The translations under genes were made by a program, and so were the position numbers. Under the pieces are notes generated by a model. It ran no database searches, had not been told where the DNA came from, and saw nothing but the letters and a program-made list of their open reading frames with translations. This document shows positions 21,786 to 31,550 of a stretch of 64,000 nucleotides of DNA, piece by piece. Each line of letters begins with the position of its first letter. The stretch's first letter is position 1. Origin of the DNA: Candidatus Oxydemutatoraceae bacterium (GTDB lineage: Bacteria > Pseudomonadota > Gammaproteobacteria > Poriferisulfidales > Oxydemutatoraceae); assembly GCA_965220085.1 (NCBI GenBank), contig CBDCOZ010000003.1, forward strand, positions 864,001 through 928,000, read 5' to 3'.

Positions 21786-22481
21786 TCAGATAGGCAGAAA
21801 AATGCTCGCCGCGCCGCGCAAGGTTTTGTTGATGACCCGATTGGTGCGGTCAGAGACGACAAGCGCGATGAGTTCTTGTATCGCCGTCGCTTTGTCGATC
21901 AATGTATAGACTCCGTTGGGGTTGCTTTCGTCATCGGCAATGATCGGGTTGCTTCCGCCTTGCTTGAGCAGCGCGCGGCGGAGGGCCTGCAGATTGACGC
22001 TGCTGTCGTATATTTTTTGCGGATCAAGCGAGTCAAAGAAGTAGAACTCTTTTTGGTTGTTGTAAGAATTGTCGATCATGCTGGTCACGCCGAGCATCAA
22101 CGCGAATACTCTGTCGCCGCGGTAGCGGCGATTGAATGCCAATTTGATCGCTTCAATTCCCTGTCTGTTATGAAGCTCTGCGTAAGCGATCGCGGCGGGA
22201 TATTCCATAATCTGCGTCACCCGTGTCTGCAAATCCATGTGGCTCACTTTTTTCAATTCCCGGGGATTCAAGCGATACAATTCCAAGGTCAGTTGCAACA
22301 GTTGGTTATTCAGATTTGCCAGCGCGATCTCCGCTACGGTATCAATATTGGTCTTGGCAATATTGCCTGCCGGACTTCCGACCGAGTTACAAGCGGTCGT
22401 CAAGGCGGCTATGACCGTGACAAGACATAAGAAAAAGGCTTTAATCCGCATGACAGGCCTATTATAATGAAAATTGTTCAA
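21786..22481 (-). CDS. Hypothetical lipoprotein
   Basis: Lipobox-like LTTAC after a hydrophobic stretch; LYRLNPREL motif; start uncertain. Confidence 0.6.
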   Translation of the reverse strand: MNNFHYNRPVMRIKAFFLCLVTVIAALTTACNSVGSPAGNIAKTNIDTVAEIALANLNNQLLQLTLELYRLNPRELKKVSHMDLQTRVTQIMEYPAAIAYAELHNRQGIEAIKLAFNRRYRGDRVFALMLGVTSMIDNSYNNQKEFYFFDSLDPQKIYDSSVNLQALRRALLKQGGSNPIIADDESNPNGVYTLIDKATAIQELIALVVSDRTNRVINKTLRGAASIFLPI

Positions 22482-22868
22482 CTATTTTTTTTTCTGATGA
22501 AAGCATTGGTATTAGTCGCCCACGGCAGCCGCTTGGATGCCGCCAACCGAGAGATCGTCCGTTTGCTCGGGCCGTTGCGGGACAAAGCGGGAGACGACTT
22601 TGATCGCGTCATGGCGGCCTTTTTGGAACTCGCCGAGCCCTCCATACCGAATGCGATTCAGCAGTGCGTTGATAACGGCGCCAAAGAGATTATCTTGTTG
22701 CCGTATTTTCTGGCCAGCGGAAAGCATGTGACGAGCGATATCCCGGCGGCGGCGGATAAAAAGCGCGCGCAATATCCGCATGTCAATATTCGCTTGCTCG
22801 ATTATTTCGGCAAATCGCCGCAGATGACCGACATGCTTTTGAGCCACCTGTATAACCGAAGCATATGA
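22467..22868 (+). CDS. CbiX/SirB-type sirohydrochlorin chelatase (small form)
   Basis: LVAHGSR, AFLELAEPSI, PYFLASGKHV..DIP. Confidence 0.9.
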   Translation: MKIVQLFFFLMKALVLVAHGSRLDAANREIVRLLGPLRDKAGDDFDRVMAAFLELAEPSIPNAIQQCVDNGAKEIILLPYFLASGKHVTSDIPAAADKKRAQYPHVNIRLLDYFGKSPQMTDMLLSHLYNRSI

Positions 22869-23275
22869 GCAAACCGGAGCGGTCACGCGATATTTCTCCG
22901 GTCAGGCGCCGGTTGCTTTTGCTGTCCGGTCATATCTGCGCCGGCTTGGGCGCAGTCGCCTTGATTCTGCCGATTATTCCGACTTCCCCCTTCCTGATTC
23001 TGGCGGCCGCTTGTTATGCGCGCTCATCGGAAAAGTTTTATAATATGCTGATAAAAAACAAATACTTCGGCGCTGATATTCTGCGTTGGGAAAGAGAGCG
23101 GTGTATGAGAAAACAGGTTAAACTGCGCGCCATGCTGTTGATAGCGGTCGTTTTTTCAATCAGCGCGTTTTTGTTTTTGCAAGCGGGCGTTGCTCGCGCC
23201 CTGATGCTTTCTACGGGGCTGCTTATCATCATTTTTTTATATTCTGTGCCGACTTGTCATCATGACCCAAGCTAA
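22865..23275 (+). CDS. YbaN/DUF454 inner-membrane protein
   Basis: ILPIIPTSPFLILAAACYARSS, KYFG. Confidence 0.85.
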   Translation: MSKPERSRDISPVRRRLLLLSGHICAGLGAVALILPIIPTSPFLILAAACYARSSEKFYNMLIKNKYFGADILRWERERCMRKQVKLRAMLLIAVVFSISAFLFLQAGVARALMLSTGLLIIIFLYSVPTCHHDPS

Positions 23276-24416
23276 AACTTCCCCGATACCTCCGGCGACC
23301 AAGTTTATTCGTCTGAGCGGCGATTACGGCACCAGCCAGTTTATTATGCGCAAGGGCGGAGCGCTGCCCGAGGTGGTCATCGCGTATGAGACCTGGGGCC
23401 GGTTATCGCCTAATCAGGATAATGTCGTATTGATATTTACCGGGCTCTCGCCGTCGGCGCACGCGGCGTCATCGCGGCAAGACCCAAGCGCCGGTTGGTG
23501 GGAAATGATGATAGGTCCCGGCAAAGCCATTGATACCGACCGGTTTTATGTCGTGTGCGTTAATTCTTTGGGCAGTTGCTTTGGTTCCACTTCGCCGGGC
23601 TCTATCAACCCGCAGACCGGCAAACCGTATAACCTGTCTTTTCCCGAGTTGACGATAGAAGATATCGCCAAAGCCGGCCACCACGCGCTCAACGATCTCG
23701 GAATTACCCATCTGTTTGCGGTGGTCGGGGGTTCTATGGGCGGCATGAGCGCGCTCGCGTATGCGCTGCAATACCCCGCGGAAGTCGATTATCTCGTATG
23801 CATTTCGGCGGCATCGAGAGCGCTGGCGTTTACCATCGCCATACGTTCTTTGCAACGCGAAATGATTCGCTGCGATCCGCTTTGGAAGAACGGAGATTAT
23901 TGCGGCGATGAGGAACCTTATTGCGGCATGATTTTGGCGCGCAAACTGGGGCTGATGTCTTATCGCGCGGCCAACGAATGGCGCGATCGCTTTGACCGGC
24001 GGCGTGTCGCGGCCGAGAGACGCAGCGGCAACCCGTTCGCGATGGAATTTGAAATTGAGTCTTATTTGGATTACAACGCAAAGAAATTTGTTTATTCGTT
24101 CGATGCGAATAGCTACCTCTATTTGTCGCGCGCGCTGGATTTGTTTGATGTGGCCGACCACGGCGGCTCTATCAATGCCGGTCTCGCGCGGATCCACGCC
24201 AAGCGCTCGCTGTTGATTGGGGTGAAGACCGATATATTATTTCCCGTCTATCAGCAGGCCGAACTTGCCAACGGGCTGAAGAAAGCGGGGCGGGAAGTCA
24301 TCTATAAGGAACTGGATTCTATCTATGGTCACGATTCTTTTTTAATCGATGAAGAGCGCTTTTCGCCGGCGGTCGGCGCGTTTTTATCTCAGGCGTTTGC
24401 GGAGGAGAGCGGTTGA
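23262..24416 (+). CDS. metX: MetX-family homoserine/serine O-acyltransferase
   Basis: AYETWG.L, GWWE.MIGPGK.IDT, GGSMGGM nucleophile elbow, FDANSYL, GHDSFL. Confidence 0.9.
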   Translation: MTQAKTSPIPPATKFIRLSGDYGTSQFIMRKGGALPEVVIAYETWGRLSPNQDNVVLIFTGLSPSAHAASSRQDPSAGWWEMMIGPGKAIDTDRFYVVCVNSLGSCFGSTSPGSINPQTGKPYNLSFPELTIEDIAKAGHHALNDLGITHLFAVVGGSMGGMSALAYALQYPAEVDYLVCISAASRALAFTIAIRSLQREMIRCDPLWKNGDYCGDEEPYCGMILARKLGLMSYRAANEWRDRFDRRRVAAERRSGNPFAMEFEIESYLDYNAKKFVYSFDANSYLYLSRALDLFDVADHGGSINAGLARIHAKRSLLIGVKTDILFPVYQQAELANGLKKAGREVIYKELDSIYGHDSFLIDEERFSPAVGAFLSQAFAEESG

Positions 24417-24420
24417 TCGC

Positions 24421-25737
24421 TCAGCGCTTGTCTATCGGGACATAGTTTCTTTCGTGCTCGCCCGTGTACAGTTGGCGCGGCCGTCCGATACGCGCATATT
24501 TGTCGGACATCATCTCATTCCAGTGGCTGATCCAGCCGCACACGCGTGACAGCGCAAAGATAGCGGTGAACATCTCGCTTGGCAGATTCATCACTTTGAA
24601 GATGATACCGGAGTAGAAATCCACATTCGGGTAGAGCTTGCGGGCGATAAAGTATTCGTCTTCCAGCGCAAACTTCTCAAGTGAGATCGCCGTCTCCAGC
24701 AGGTCTTTGTTCGGGTTGTCGGGCTCCAATTCCCGCAGCAAATCGTGACACGCTTGATGAATGATCTTGGCCCTCGGGTCATAATTCTTGTAGATTCTGT
24801 GACCGAAGCCCATCAATCTGAAATGGTCGTCTTTGTCTTTGGCGCGCTCTATGTAGTGTGTCACCGACTTCCCCGAATCAACGATCGAGCTCAGCATATT
24901 GATAACCGCTTCATTGGCGCCGCCGTGCGCCGGTCCCCATAGCGATGTGACACCCGCTGCCAGCGCCGCATAGGGGTTGGTCTCGGTGCTGCCGCTTAGG
25001 CGAACGGTCGAGGTCGATGCATTTTGCTCGTGGTCGGCGTGCAGGATCAAAATGAGATCCAACGCTTTTGTGACTTTTTGCTTAAACCGGGGGTTGGCAT
25101 CGAGGCGGTCAAAGCTCATCTGTAAGAAATTATCCGCATACGACAGTTCGGGTTGCGGCTGTTTGAAGGTTTGGCCCGAGTGGTAGCGGAATATCCAGGC
25201 GATAAGGATTGCCGTCTTGGCAATCACACGGTGCGCTGCCAACTCGCGATCGGCGGGGTTATGGATGTCGACTGCTTCCTGATACAAGGCCGATAAATAT
25301 GTCAGTCCGGCCATCAACAGAGCCATCGGATGGTGCGACCGATCGAAACCGCTCAACAGACGTTCAATCGCTTTTTGATCCAAGGTCGCTTGTTCTCGCA
25401 GCGACCGTATGAAACGTTCCAACTGATCGGATTCCGGCAGTTCGCCGTAAAAGAGCAGATAGCAGACTTCTTCAAAGTTGCTGTGCTCGGCAAGTTGCTC
25501 GACCGGATAACCGCGATATTTCAGTTCTCCTTTTTCGCCGTTGATGTAAGTGATTTTGCTCTCGCAACTGGCGGTCGAGACAAAACCCGGGTCAAAGGTA
25601 AAGTATCCCGTTTCTTTGTGCATGGAGCGAATGTCCACAATATCCGCTCCTTCCGTCGATTGCATAACGGGCAGGGCGATGTCCTTCCCGGTTTCGGGAA
25701 TAGTTAACTTAACCTGTTTGCCAGTTTCTTTTTTCAC
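24421..25737 (-). CDS. gltA: Type II citrate synthase
   Basis: DPGF.STASC.SKITYI, HADHEQNASTST, GPAHGGANE, GFGHRIY, YPNVDFYSG; GTG start inferred. Confidence 0.97.
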   Translation of the reverse strand: MKKETGKQVKLTIPETGKDIALPVMQSTEGADIVDIRSMHKETGYFTFDPGFVSTASCESKITYINGEKGELKYRGYPVEQLAEHSNFEEVCYLLFYGELPESDQLERFIRSLREQATLDQKAIERLLSGFDRSHHPMALLMAGLTYLSALYQEAVDIHNPADRELAAHRVIAKTAILIAWIFRYHSGQTFKQPQPELSYADNFLQMSFDRLDANPRFKQKVTKALDLILILHADHEQNASTSTVRLSGSTETNPYAALAAGVTSLWGPAHGGANEAVINMLSSIVDSGKSVTHYIERAKDKDDHFRLMGFGHRIYKNYDPRAKIIHQACHDLLRELEPDNPNKDLLETAISLEKFALEDEYFIARKLYPNVDFYSGIIFKVMNLPSEMFTAIFALSRVCGWISHWNEMMSDKYARIGRPRQLYTGEHERNYVPIDKR

Positions 25738-25866
25738 TTGCCGGGTTTGTATTGCTGTTATACTAATGCCGCTGTTCGGCGTTGGGGCGAGCAATTATAG
25801 CAGACTTTGGTTGCTATGGGCATTGAGCCGTATTCGGCATCTGCGCCCTGTGATTGACCCGTATTG

Positions 25867-25894
25867 TGGACAGCCCGTTATATATTGTTATAAT
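25867..25894 (+). promoter_or_regulatory. Putative sigma70 promoter of the hflKC operon
   Basis: TGGACA-16 bp-TATAAT with extended -10 TGn, 50 bp upstream of hflK. Confidence 0.5.
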
Positions 25895-25943
25895 CAGGAA
25901 CCGTTACAACGATAACTAAAGATAAACTTGATTCTACAAACTC

Positions 25944-27110
25944 ATGTCTTGGAACCAGTCTGACAAGAACCGACAAAATTCATGGAATCGCTCATCGGAT
26001 GAGCAGCCGCCGGATTTGACCGAATTATTTAAAAAGATGTCCGGCGGCTTTGCCGGCGGCAAAGGCTCTATGTTCGGTTCTTTTAATCCGCTCTTCTTGC
26101 TGATTATCTTGCTGGCGCTGTGGGGGCTTTCCGGCATCTATATCATCACCGAAGGAAAGCGCGGAGTCGAGTTGCGCTTCGGCGCGTACTCGGAGACCAC
26201 GTTGCCGGGGCCGCACTGGCATATCCCGTACCCGATCGAGTCGGTTGAAAAAGTCGATGTGGACAGAATTCGCTCGGCTCAGAATAAGTCATCCATGCTG
26301 ACGCAGGATGAGAATATCGTAGAGGTTGAGTTGGCGGTACAGTATCGGGTCAAGGATGCGGCCGATTACCTGTTCAATATCCGCTTCCCCGACACAGAAG
26401 GGGCGGTCAATCAGGCGCAGGGGACCTTGTTTCAGGTGATGGAGAGCGCATTGCGCGAAGTGGTCGGCAAAAGCAAGATGGACTTTATTTTGGGCGAGGG
26501 ACGCGCTGAGATTGCGGCGAATATCAAAAGCACGATGACCGATATTCTTGACAGTTACAAGTCCGGCATGGAGGTGGTCACCGTGAACCTGCAGCAGTCG
26601 CAGCCGCCCGAAGCGGTGCAGGGCGCGTTTGCCGATGCGATCAAGGCGCGCGAAGATCAGGTGCGATTTGTGAACGAAGCCGAAGCGTATGCCAACGGCG
26701 TATTGCCGAAGGCGCGCGGCGATGCGGCAAGGATGATTCAGGCGGCCAATGCTTATTACGACAGGGTCGTGAATAACTCGTTAGGCGAGGCGGACCGCTT
26801 TTCGCAACTGTATGAAGAGTATCGCAAGATGCCGGATATCACACGCCGTCGGCTCTACATCGAAGCGGTAGAATCTGTGTTATCGCGCACCAACAAAGTG
26901 ATAGTGGATGTGGACGAAGGCAGCAATGTGTTTTATCTGCCGCTGGACCGCATCATAAAGGATGCCGGCAAGCGGCGCACGATGGGCGAAGACGGAGATT
27001 ATCCGGATATTGACAGCAATAATACCGACACCGGCAGCGGCTTGAAGGATAAATTGACGGGCAACCAGAAGCGCAGCGGCAGATTTTCACGGGGGAGCAA
27101 TGCGAACTAA
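25944..27110 (+). CDS. hflK: FtsH modulator HflK
   Basis: PPDL, MLTQDENIV, VQGAFADAIKARED, NVFYLPLD. Confidence 0.96.
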   Translation: MSWNQSDKNRQNSWNRSSDEQPPDLTELFKKMSGGFAGGKGSMFGSFNPLFLLIILLALWGLSGIYIITEGKRGVELRFGAYSETTLPGPHWHIPYPIESVEKVDVDRIRSAQNKSSMLTQDENIVEVELAVQYRVKDAADYLFNIRFPDTEGAVNQAQGTLFQVMESALREVVGKSKMDFILGEGRAEIAANIKSTMTDILDSYKSGMEVVTVNLQQSQPPEAVQGAFADAIKAREDQVRFVNEAEAYANGVLPKARGDAARMIQAANAYYDRVVNNSLGEADRFSQLYEEYRKMPDITRRRLYIEAVESVLSRTNKVIVDVDEGSNVFYLPLDRIIKDAGKRRTMGEDGDYPDIDSNNTDTGSGLKDKLTGNQKRSGRFSRGSNAN

Positions 27111-27963
27111 AGCGCCTATTATTATTCTGGTCGTCCTGCTGCTGATTGCTTACAACTCGGTGTTCATCATCGATCAGCGGGAGAGAATCCTGCTGTTTAG
27201 GCTCGGCGAAGTCATCAATGCGGATTTGGCTCCCGGTCTGCACTTCAAATACCCGGTGGTCAATAATATTCAGCGCTTTGACTCGCGAATATCCACGTTG
27301 AACGCCCGCCCCGAGAGCTTTTTGACGGTGGAGAAAAAGAACGTAACGGTCGACTTTTTTGTGCAATGGCGGATACGCGATGTCGCCCAATATTATCGGG
27401 CGACCCGCGGCGACCCGCGTAATGCGGAGAACCGTCTGTCGCAAATCATGAAAGACGGCTTGCGTAACGAGTTTGGCAAACGCACGATCAAACAAGCGGT
27501 TTCCGGCGAGCGCAGCGAGATTATGGATATTTTGCGCGTCAGGACGAATTCGCTTGCCGAGGATTTGGGGGTTGAAATCGTCGATGTAAGAGTCAGCCGC
27601 ATAGACCTTCCCGATGATGTCAGCGGCGCGGTATACGGGCGCATGAGGACCGAGCGGAATCGTGTCGCGCGCGAGTTGCGGGCAAAAGGGATGGAAGATG
27701 CCGAGAAGATTCGCGCCAAGGCTGATCGCGACCGGGTCGCCATTATCGCCGAAGCATATAAGGACTCGGAGATCAAACGAGGGGAGGGGGATGCGATTGC
27801 GGCAAAGACCTATGCGGAGGCATATAAGCAAGATTCCGAGTTCTATTCTTTCTTACGCAGCATAGAGGCTTATAAGAGGGCATTTGATAATTACGATACC
27901 TTTGTTCTTGAGCCCGATTCCGAATTCTTTAATTATTTCAATTCAGAAAAGCCGGGTGAATAA
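27100..27963 (+). CDS. hflC: FtsH modulator HflC
   Basis: PGLHFK.P, RIDLP, RM.TER, RGEGDA, PDSEFF.YF. Confidence 0.96.
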   Translation: MRTKAPIIILVVLLLIAYNSVFIIDQRERILLFRLGEVINADLAPGLHFKYPVVNNIQRFDSRISTLNARPESFLTVEKKNVTVDFFVQWRIRDVAQYYRATRGDPRNAENRLSQIMKDGLRNEFGKRTIKQAVSGERSEIMDILRVRTNSLAEDLGVEIVDVRVSRIDLPDDVSGAVYGRMRTERNRVARELRAKGMEDAEKIRAKADRDRVAIIAEAYKDSEIKRGEGDAIAAKTYAEAYKQDSEFYSFLRSIEAYKRAFDNYDTFVLEPDSEFFNYFNSEKPGE

Positions 27964-28026
27964 GCGCCAAAGACTCTCGGGTCTTTCCGAGTGACCGACT
28001 GACGCCCCGTCCCGCAAGTTCCGCCT

Positions 28027-28212
28027 ATGAGATGGATTGACTTTATAACCGCCGTGGGTCTGCTGATGGTTATAGAAGGGATATTGCCGTTTTTGAGTCC
28101 CGATAAGATGCGCGCATGCAGCAAGGTTGTTTCCGGCATGTCCGACCGCGCTTTGCGCGTGATGGGCGCGGTTCTGATGGCGGCGGGGATATTGGTCATT
28201 TATCTTGTATGA
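28027..28212 (+). CDS. DUF2065 (YjeT) family membrane protein
   Basis: A.GL..V.EG..PF.SP, LR..G; conserved position between hflC and hisZ. Confidence 0.85.
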   Translation: MRWIDFITAVGLLMVIEGILPFLSPDKMRACSKVVSGMSDRALRVMGAVLMAAGILVIYLV

Positions 28213-28228
28213 CGGCGGCATAAAACAA

Positions 28229-29410
28229 ATGGACGAATTTGACAAATGGTTATTGCCGGAAGGCATCGACGAAGTCTTGCCGCAAGAAGCGATTCGGCTC
28301 GAAGGCATTCGTCGTCGTATCTTGGATTTGTTCGCAAGTTGGGGCTACCGGATTATCATCTCGCCGTTAGCCGAGCACCTGGAGTCATTCTTGCTCGATG
28401 ACAAGGATGACTTGCAAATACAGACCTTCAAATTGACCGATCAGTTGAGCGGCAGAATGCTCGGTGTGCGTCCCGACATGACGCCGCAAATCGCGCGTAT
28501 GGACGCGCATTCTCTGCGCGAAAACAGCATCAACCGCCTTTGTTATGTCGGGCAAACGCTCAATACGCGACCATCGGGCGCCGGACAGTCGCGCTCGCCG
28601 TTGCAGATTGGCGCCGAAATATACGGCCACAAGGGGGTCGGCAGCAATGCCGAGGCGTTGCGTCTGATGATTGAAATGTTTCGCGCGCTTGAGGTCGAAG
28701 ACGCGCACATCGTATTGGGACATGTCGGGATTTATTCCGCGCTGACAGAGAGAGCGGCTCTCGATGCGAGGCAACGCCAAAGGTTGACCGATTTGATGCG
28801 CACGAAGTCCAAGAAAGAGGCACAGAGTTACCTCGCGGCCTGTGAGATATCCCAAGAGAACCGCCGGCTGTTGGTTGACTTGATAGATTTTTACGGCGAG
28901 TTGTCGCTGTTGCCCGAAGCGAGACGGCGATATGCCGGCATTGCGCCGGCCATCGACATGTCGCTTGACGAGATTGACCTCACCGCAAAGATGATTGCGT
29001 CCGACGGCATAACCGTGCACTGCGATTTCTTGGAAGCGCCCGGCTATCACTACGAGGACGGCTTGGTGTTTGCCGCATTCACATCCGGTATCGGACAGGA
29101 AATAGCCCGCGGCGGGCGTTATGACGGCATCGGCAAGGTCTTCGGACGCGCGCGTCCGGGTATCGGTTTCAGCAGCGATTTGAAATTGCTTGCTAGGGTC
29201 GCCGGCGGCGACAAAGGGTCGGCGGGCAATGAGACATTGGTTTATGCGCCGCTCGATGCCGATGCGAATTTGGCGGCAAAGATTTCTCACATGCGGCGAT
29301 CGGGCGAGCGTGTCATTATTCAATTGGATGACGATGATCGGCCCGATAAGCACGGTTGCACCCATATTCTTTGTCAAGAAAACGGCGGCTGGCGCGTCAA
29401 AGCATTATGA
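28229..29410 (+). CDS. hisZ: ATP phosphoribosyltransferase regulatory subunit
   Basis: WLLPEGI.EVLP, D.LSGR.LGVRPD.TPQ.AR, Q.GAE.YG, GGRYD, FGRARP. Confidence 0.95.
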   Translation: MDEFDKWLLPEGIDEVLPQEAIRLEGIRRRILDLFASWGYRIIISPLAEHLESFLLDDKDDLQIQTFKLTDQLSGRMLGVRPDMTPQIARMDAHSLRENSINRLCYVGQTLNTRPSGAGQSRSPLQIGAEIYGHKGVGSNAEALRLMIEMFRALEVEDAHIVLGHVGIYSALTERAALDARQRQRLTDLMRTKSKKEAQSYLAACEISQENRRLLVDLIDFYGELSLLPEARRRYAGIAPAIDMSLDEIDLTAKMIASDGITVHCDFLEAPGYHYEDGLVFAAFTSGIGQEIARGGRYDGIGKVFGRARPGIGFSSDLKLLARVAGGDKGSAGNETLVYAPLDADANLAAKISHMRRSGERVIIQLDDDDRPDKHGCTHILCQENGGWRVKAL

Positions 29411-30660
29411 GCAGTATTGCTATTGTCGGCTTGCAATGGGGGGACGAAGGCAAGGGGAAGATTGTCGATCTCCTGTCTGACAAAACCGATGCCGTCGCGC
29501 GTTTTCAAGGCGGTCATAATGCCGGGCACACGATCATAGTCAACGGTCAGAAGCAAGTATTGCACCTCATTCCGTCGGGTGTCTTGCGTCCGAACGCAGA
29601 GTGCCTGATCGGCAGCGGGGTGGTTCTGTCTATTCCGGCGCTGATAGAAGAGATTGATTCGCTCGCGCAATGCGGCATTGATATCGTTCCGCGCCTTAAA
29701 ATTTCTCCGCTCTGTCCGCTGATTTTTACGAGTCATTGCCAGTTAGACGCAATCAACGAAACGATGCTATGCGGTCGCGCTATCGGCACGACGGGCAGGG
29801 GGATTGGCCCGGCTTATGAGGATCAAGTCGGGCGCCGCGCATTGCGCTTGCACGAGTTGCGCAATCCCGACGCATTTTCCGACAGGATCCAAGAACTATT
29901 CAAACGCCATAATTTGATTCTTGAAGAGTGCGGTCACGCCGCGATGGACTGGCACCCCGATTATGACTTTGCTATGCAGAATCGGGATTTGCTGATACGG
30001 ATGATGTGCCCGATAACGGACAGACTCAAGCAGCTTCAAGGCGAGGGAAAAAACATACTATTTGAGGGGGCGCAAGGCGCGATGTTAGATGTGGATCACG
30101 GCACCTACCCTTACGTCACGTCATCGCATACGCTTGCCGGGCACATCGCTTGCGGCGCCGGCTTCCCGGTGCGTTCGTTGCGGCACATTGTCGGTATCTG
30201 CAAAGCGTATACGACACGCGTTGGCAACGGCCCTTTCCCGACCGAAGAGCGGGGCGCCACAGGCGAGCATTTGGCACAGCGCGGCAACGAGTTTGGCGCG
30301 ACGACCGGCCGTCTTCGCCGCTGTGGCTGGCTGGATTTGGCCATGTTGCGCAAGATGGCATGGCTCAATGATGCGGATACTTTGTGCCTTACGAAACTGG
30401 ATGTTTTGACCGGACTGGATCGTGTGCGTGTGTGCAAATCCTACAAAGACGAGTCGCTGCCGTTTGCCGAGTGTGAGCCGGAGTATATTGAATTTGACGG
30501 CTGGAGCGAAGCGCTATCGGGCATCGATCAATACGACGGCTTGCCGCTTGCGGTGCGCAAGTATATCGAATATATCGAGCGCGAAGTCGGCGTATCGGTC
30601 GCGGTCATCTCTACCGGGCCGGGCCGCGAAGAAAACATTATCCGCTCGAATATTTTTTAG
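29407..30660 (+). CDS. purA: Adenylosuccinate synthetase
   Basis: QWGDEGKGK, GGHNAGHT, GIGPAY, GTYPYVTSS, EFGATTGR.RRCGW. Confidence 0.98.
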   Translation: MSSIAIVGLQWGDEGKGKIVDLLSDKTDAVARFQGGHNAGHTIIVNGQKQVLHLIPSGVLRPNAECLIGSGVVLSIPALIEEIDSLAQCGIDIVPRLKISPLCPLIFTSHCQLDAINETMLCGRAIGTTGRGIGPAYEDQVGRRALRLHELRNPDAFSDRIQELFKRHNLILEECGHAAMDWHPDYDFAMQNRDLLIRMMCPITDRLKQLQGEGKNILFEGAQGAMLDVDHGTYPYVTSSHTLAGHIACGAGFPVRSLRHIVGICKAYTTRVGNGPFPTEERGATGEHLAQRGNEFGATTGRLRRCGWLDLAMLRKMAWLNDADTLCLTKLDVLTGLDRVRVCKSYKDESLPFAECEPEYIEFDGWSEALSGIDQYDGLPLAVRKYIEYIEREVGVSVAVISTGPGREENIIRSNIF

Positions 30661-31550
30661 GCCACGCGGTCGGCGGACGGCTTGCCGTCAAGCCGCGCGC
30701 GGAGGTTCTCAAGCGCTCGCCTGCCCATGGCAATACGGGTTTCTTCGGATGCGTTGCCCAAGCATATCGAATATATCGAGCGCGAAGTCGGCGTATCGGT
30801 CGCGGTCATCTCTGCCGGGCCGCGAAGAAAACATTATCCGCTCGAATATTTTTTAGGCCACGCGGTCGGCGGGCGGCTTGCCGTCAAGCCGCGCGCGGAG
30901 GTTCTCAAGCGCTCGCCTGCCCATGGCAATACGGGTTTCTTCGGATGCGCTGCCCAAGCATATTGAATATATCGAGCGCGAAGTCGGCGTATCGGTCGCG
31001 GTCATCTCTGCCGGGCCGCGAAGAAAACATTATCCGCTCGAATATTTTTTAGGCCACGCGGTCGGCGGACGGCTTGCCGTCAAGCCGCGCGCGGAGGTTC
31101 TCAAGCGCTCGCCTGCCCATGGCAATACGGGTTTCTTCGGATGCGCTGCCTAAGCATATCGAATATATCGAGCGCGAAGTCGGCGTATCGGTCGCGGTCA
31201 TCTCTGCCGGGCCGCGAAGAAAACATTATCCGTTCGGATATCTTTTAGGCCACGCGGTCGGCGGGCGGCTTGCCGTCAAGCCGCGCGCGGAGGTTCTCAA
31301 GCGCTCGCCTGCCCATGGCAATACGGGTTTCTTCGGATGCGCTCCCAAGCATATCGAATATATCGAGCGCGAAGTCGGCGTATCGGTCGCGGGCATCTCT
31401 GCCGGGCCGGGCCGCGAAGAAAACATTATCCGTTCGGATATCTTTTAGGCCACGCGGTCGGCGGGCGGCTTGCCGTCAAGCCACGCGCGGAGGTTCTCAA
31501 GCGCTCGCCTGCCCATGGCAATACGGGTTTCTTCGGATGCGCTGCCCAAG
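30558..31550. repeat. Five tandem units of 195-201 bp, each the purA 3' end joined to the 3' end of the convergent dehydrogenase gene
   Basis: Unit starts at about 30558, 30759, 30955, 31151 and 31346; copies differ by SNPs and a 5-bp indel. Confidence 0.95.
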
